A stretch of 64,000 bases of DNA, taken from the NCBI GenBank assembly GCA_017499595.2, contig CM038998.1:1612001-1676000 (forward strand), in the 5' to 3' direction. The notes under the pieces were generated by a model, which did not search any database, was not told where the DNA came from, and saw nothing but the letters and a program-made list of their open reading frames with translations. This DNA is from Psilocybe cubensis (taxonomy: Eukaryota). The stretch's first letter is position 1. Every line of letters starts with the position of its first letter. A program made the translations under genes and the position numbers. Of the stretch, positions 63,319 to 64,000 are shown piece after piece.

Positions 63319-63977
63319 CTATGTGTCATGAGCGGGAGCCAAGTCGGAGTCGCCTCCTTCTGAAGAAGGTGCAAGCTGAAGAATGCGCATTTTTGTCGGC
63401 GCTCGTACTGTACTAGTAATTGGGATGCTTTGCGGTTCCGGGACGACGGAAGTCGCGCGAGATGCATTGGCAGAGGTTACAGTTGAACCAGATTTAGAAG
63501 AAACTTTCAACTTGTTCAAAGCCTTGCCAGGAACTGGGGCAGAGATGGACACTGATGACAGTTTCGGGATAGCGACTGTGTTGGCCTTCTCGTCTCCTCC
63601 TATTTTTGCTTGGTTCGTAGCAGCGACATGAGCGGAGTATTCAGACTCTTTGCAACCAACCCAGGAACGAGTAACCCAGTGGCCACCAGCAATGCCACGT
63701 ATTTCCCGGTTGGCCTCGCGCCAGTGCCTCACCTTCTTGTTACTTCTGTCAAGAGGTATCAGCGGCGCAAAGCCAGTTACTATTTTCTGCGGAGGTTGAA
63801 CAGGGAAGGGTTTTGTTGGTAAAGGGTATACAGGAATCGGCACGTTTTCAAGGTTCGGTTCCTCAATCAAGGGGGCAGATGCAGCATTGGGAGAGCTTGG
63901 AGCAATGTTTTCCGGTTCCGGAGAATTTTGCTCGAACTGAGCGGTGACAGGTGACGAGGCTGCTGTTCCGGCGTAAC
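63319..63977 (-). CDS. Last exon of a gene entering from the right edge; resembles the INO80 subunit Ies4 (DUF1711) C-terminal motif
   Basis: CAG acceptor at 63978-63980; open frame to TAG at 63319. PLDRSNKKVRHWREANREIRGIAGGHWVTRSW recalls the LDRSGKPCRKW..W motif (from memory, not searched). Confidence 0.6.
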
Positions 63978-64000
63978 CTGAGGAACAATGTTCGATTCAA

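Noticed and set aside
1..64000. CRISPR arrays, intact transposons, rRNA, and TGA-CTA read-through signals at gene ends
   Set aside because: No spaced repeats, transposase/RT motifs or rRNA seen; none of the TGA stops I checked is followed by CTA.

Overview
Gene-dense eukaryotic DNA, most consistent with a basidiomycete (Agaricomycete-type) nuclear genome. The basis is short ~45-65 nt GT/GC-AG introns with CTRAY-like branch sites, micro-exons, and fungal protein families. I can support about 22 complete intron-containing protein genes, two partial genes at the edges and one intron-containing tRNA-Trp(CCA). In order: partial RG-tail gene, MFS (ACS/Dal5-Soa1-like) permease, fucosyltransferase-fold type II membrane protein, orphan secreted protein, Mn-type CDF transporter, GCK-III STE20 kinase, AP-3 delta, DH-domain protein, Baeyer-Villiger-type flavin monooxygenase, Exo84, Chs4/Skt5, tRNA-Trp, MDR enoyl-reductase-like enzyme, 3-methylcrotonyl-CoA carboxylase alpha, Dus2, calnexin, Snu114, prefoldin 1, PDR ABC transporter, GH128, Ssp120, Dopey, partial Ies4-like gene. 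CDS coordinates are start-to-stop spans including introns, assembled by eye. I saw no CRISPR array, intact transposon or recognisable biosynthetic core enzyme, and I cannot claim a proven new system. The best leads are (i) an uncharacterised GDP-fucose-type glycosyltransferase, (ii) a tRNA-Trp whose anticodon stem has only 4 Watson-Crick pairs, (iii) an orphan secreted propeptide carrying an amphipathic LPIVGPLL helix, and (iv) several unexplained ORF relics in the longer intergenic gaps.
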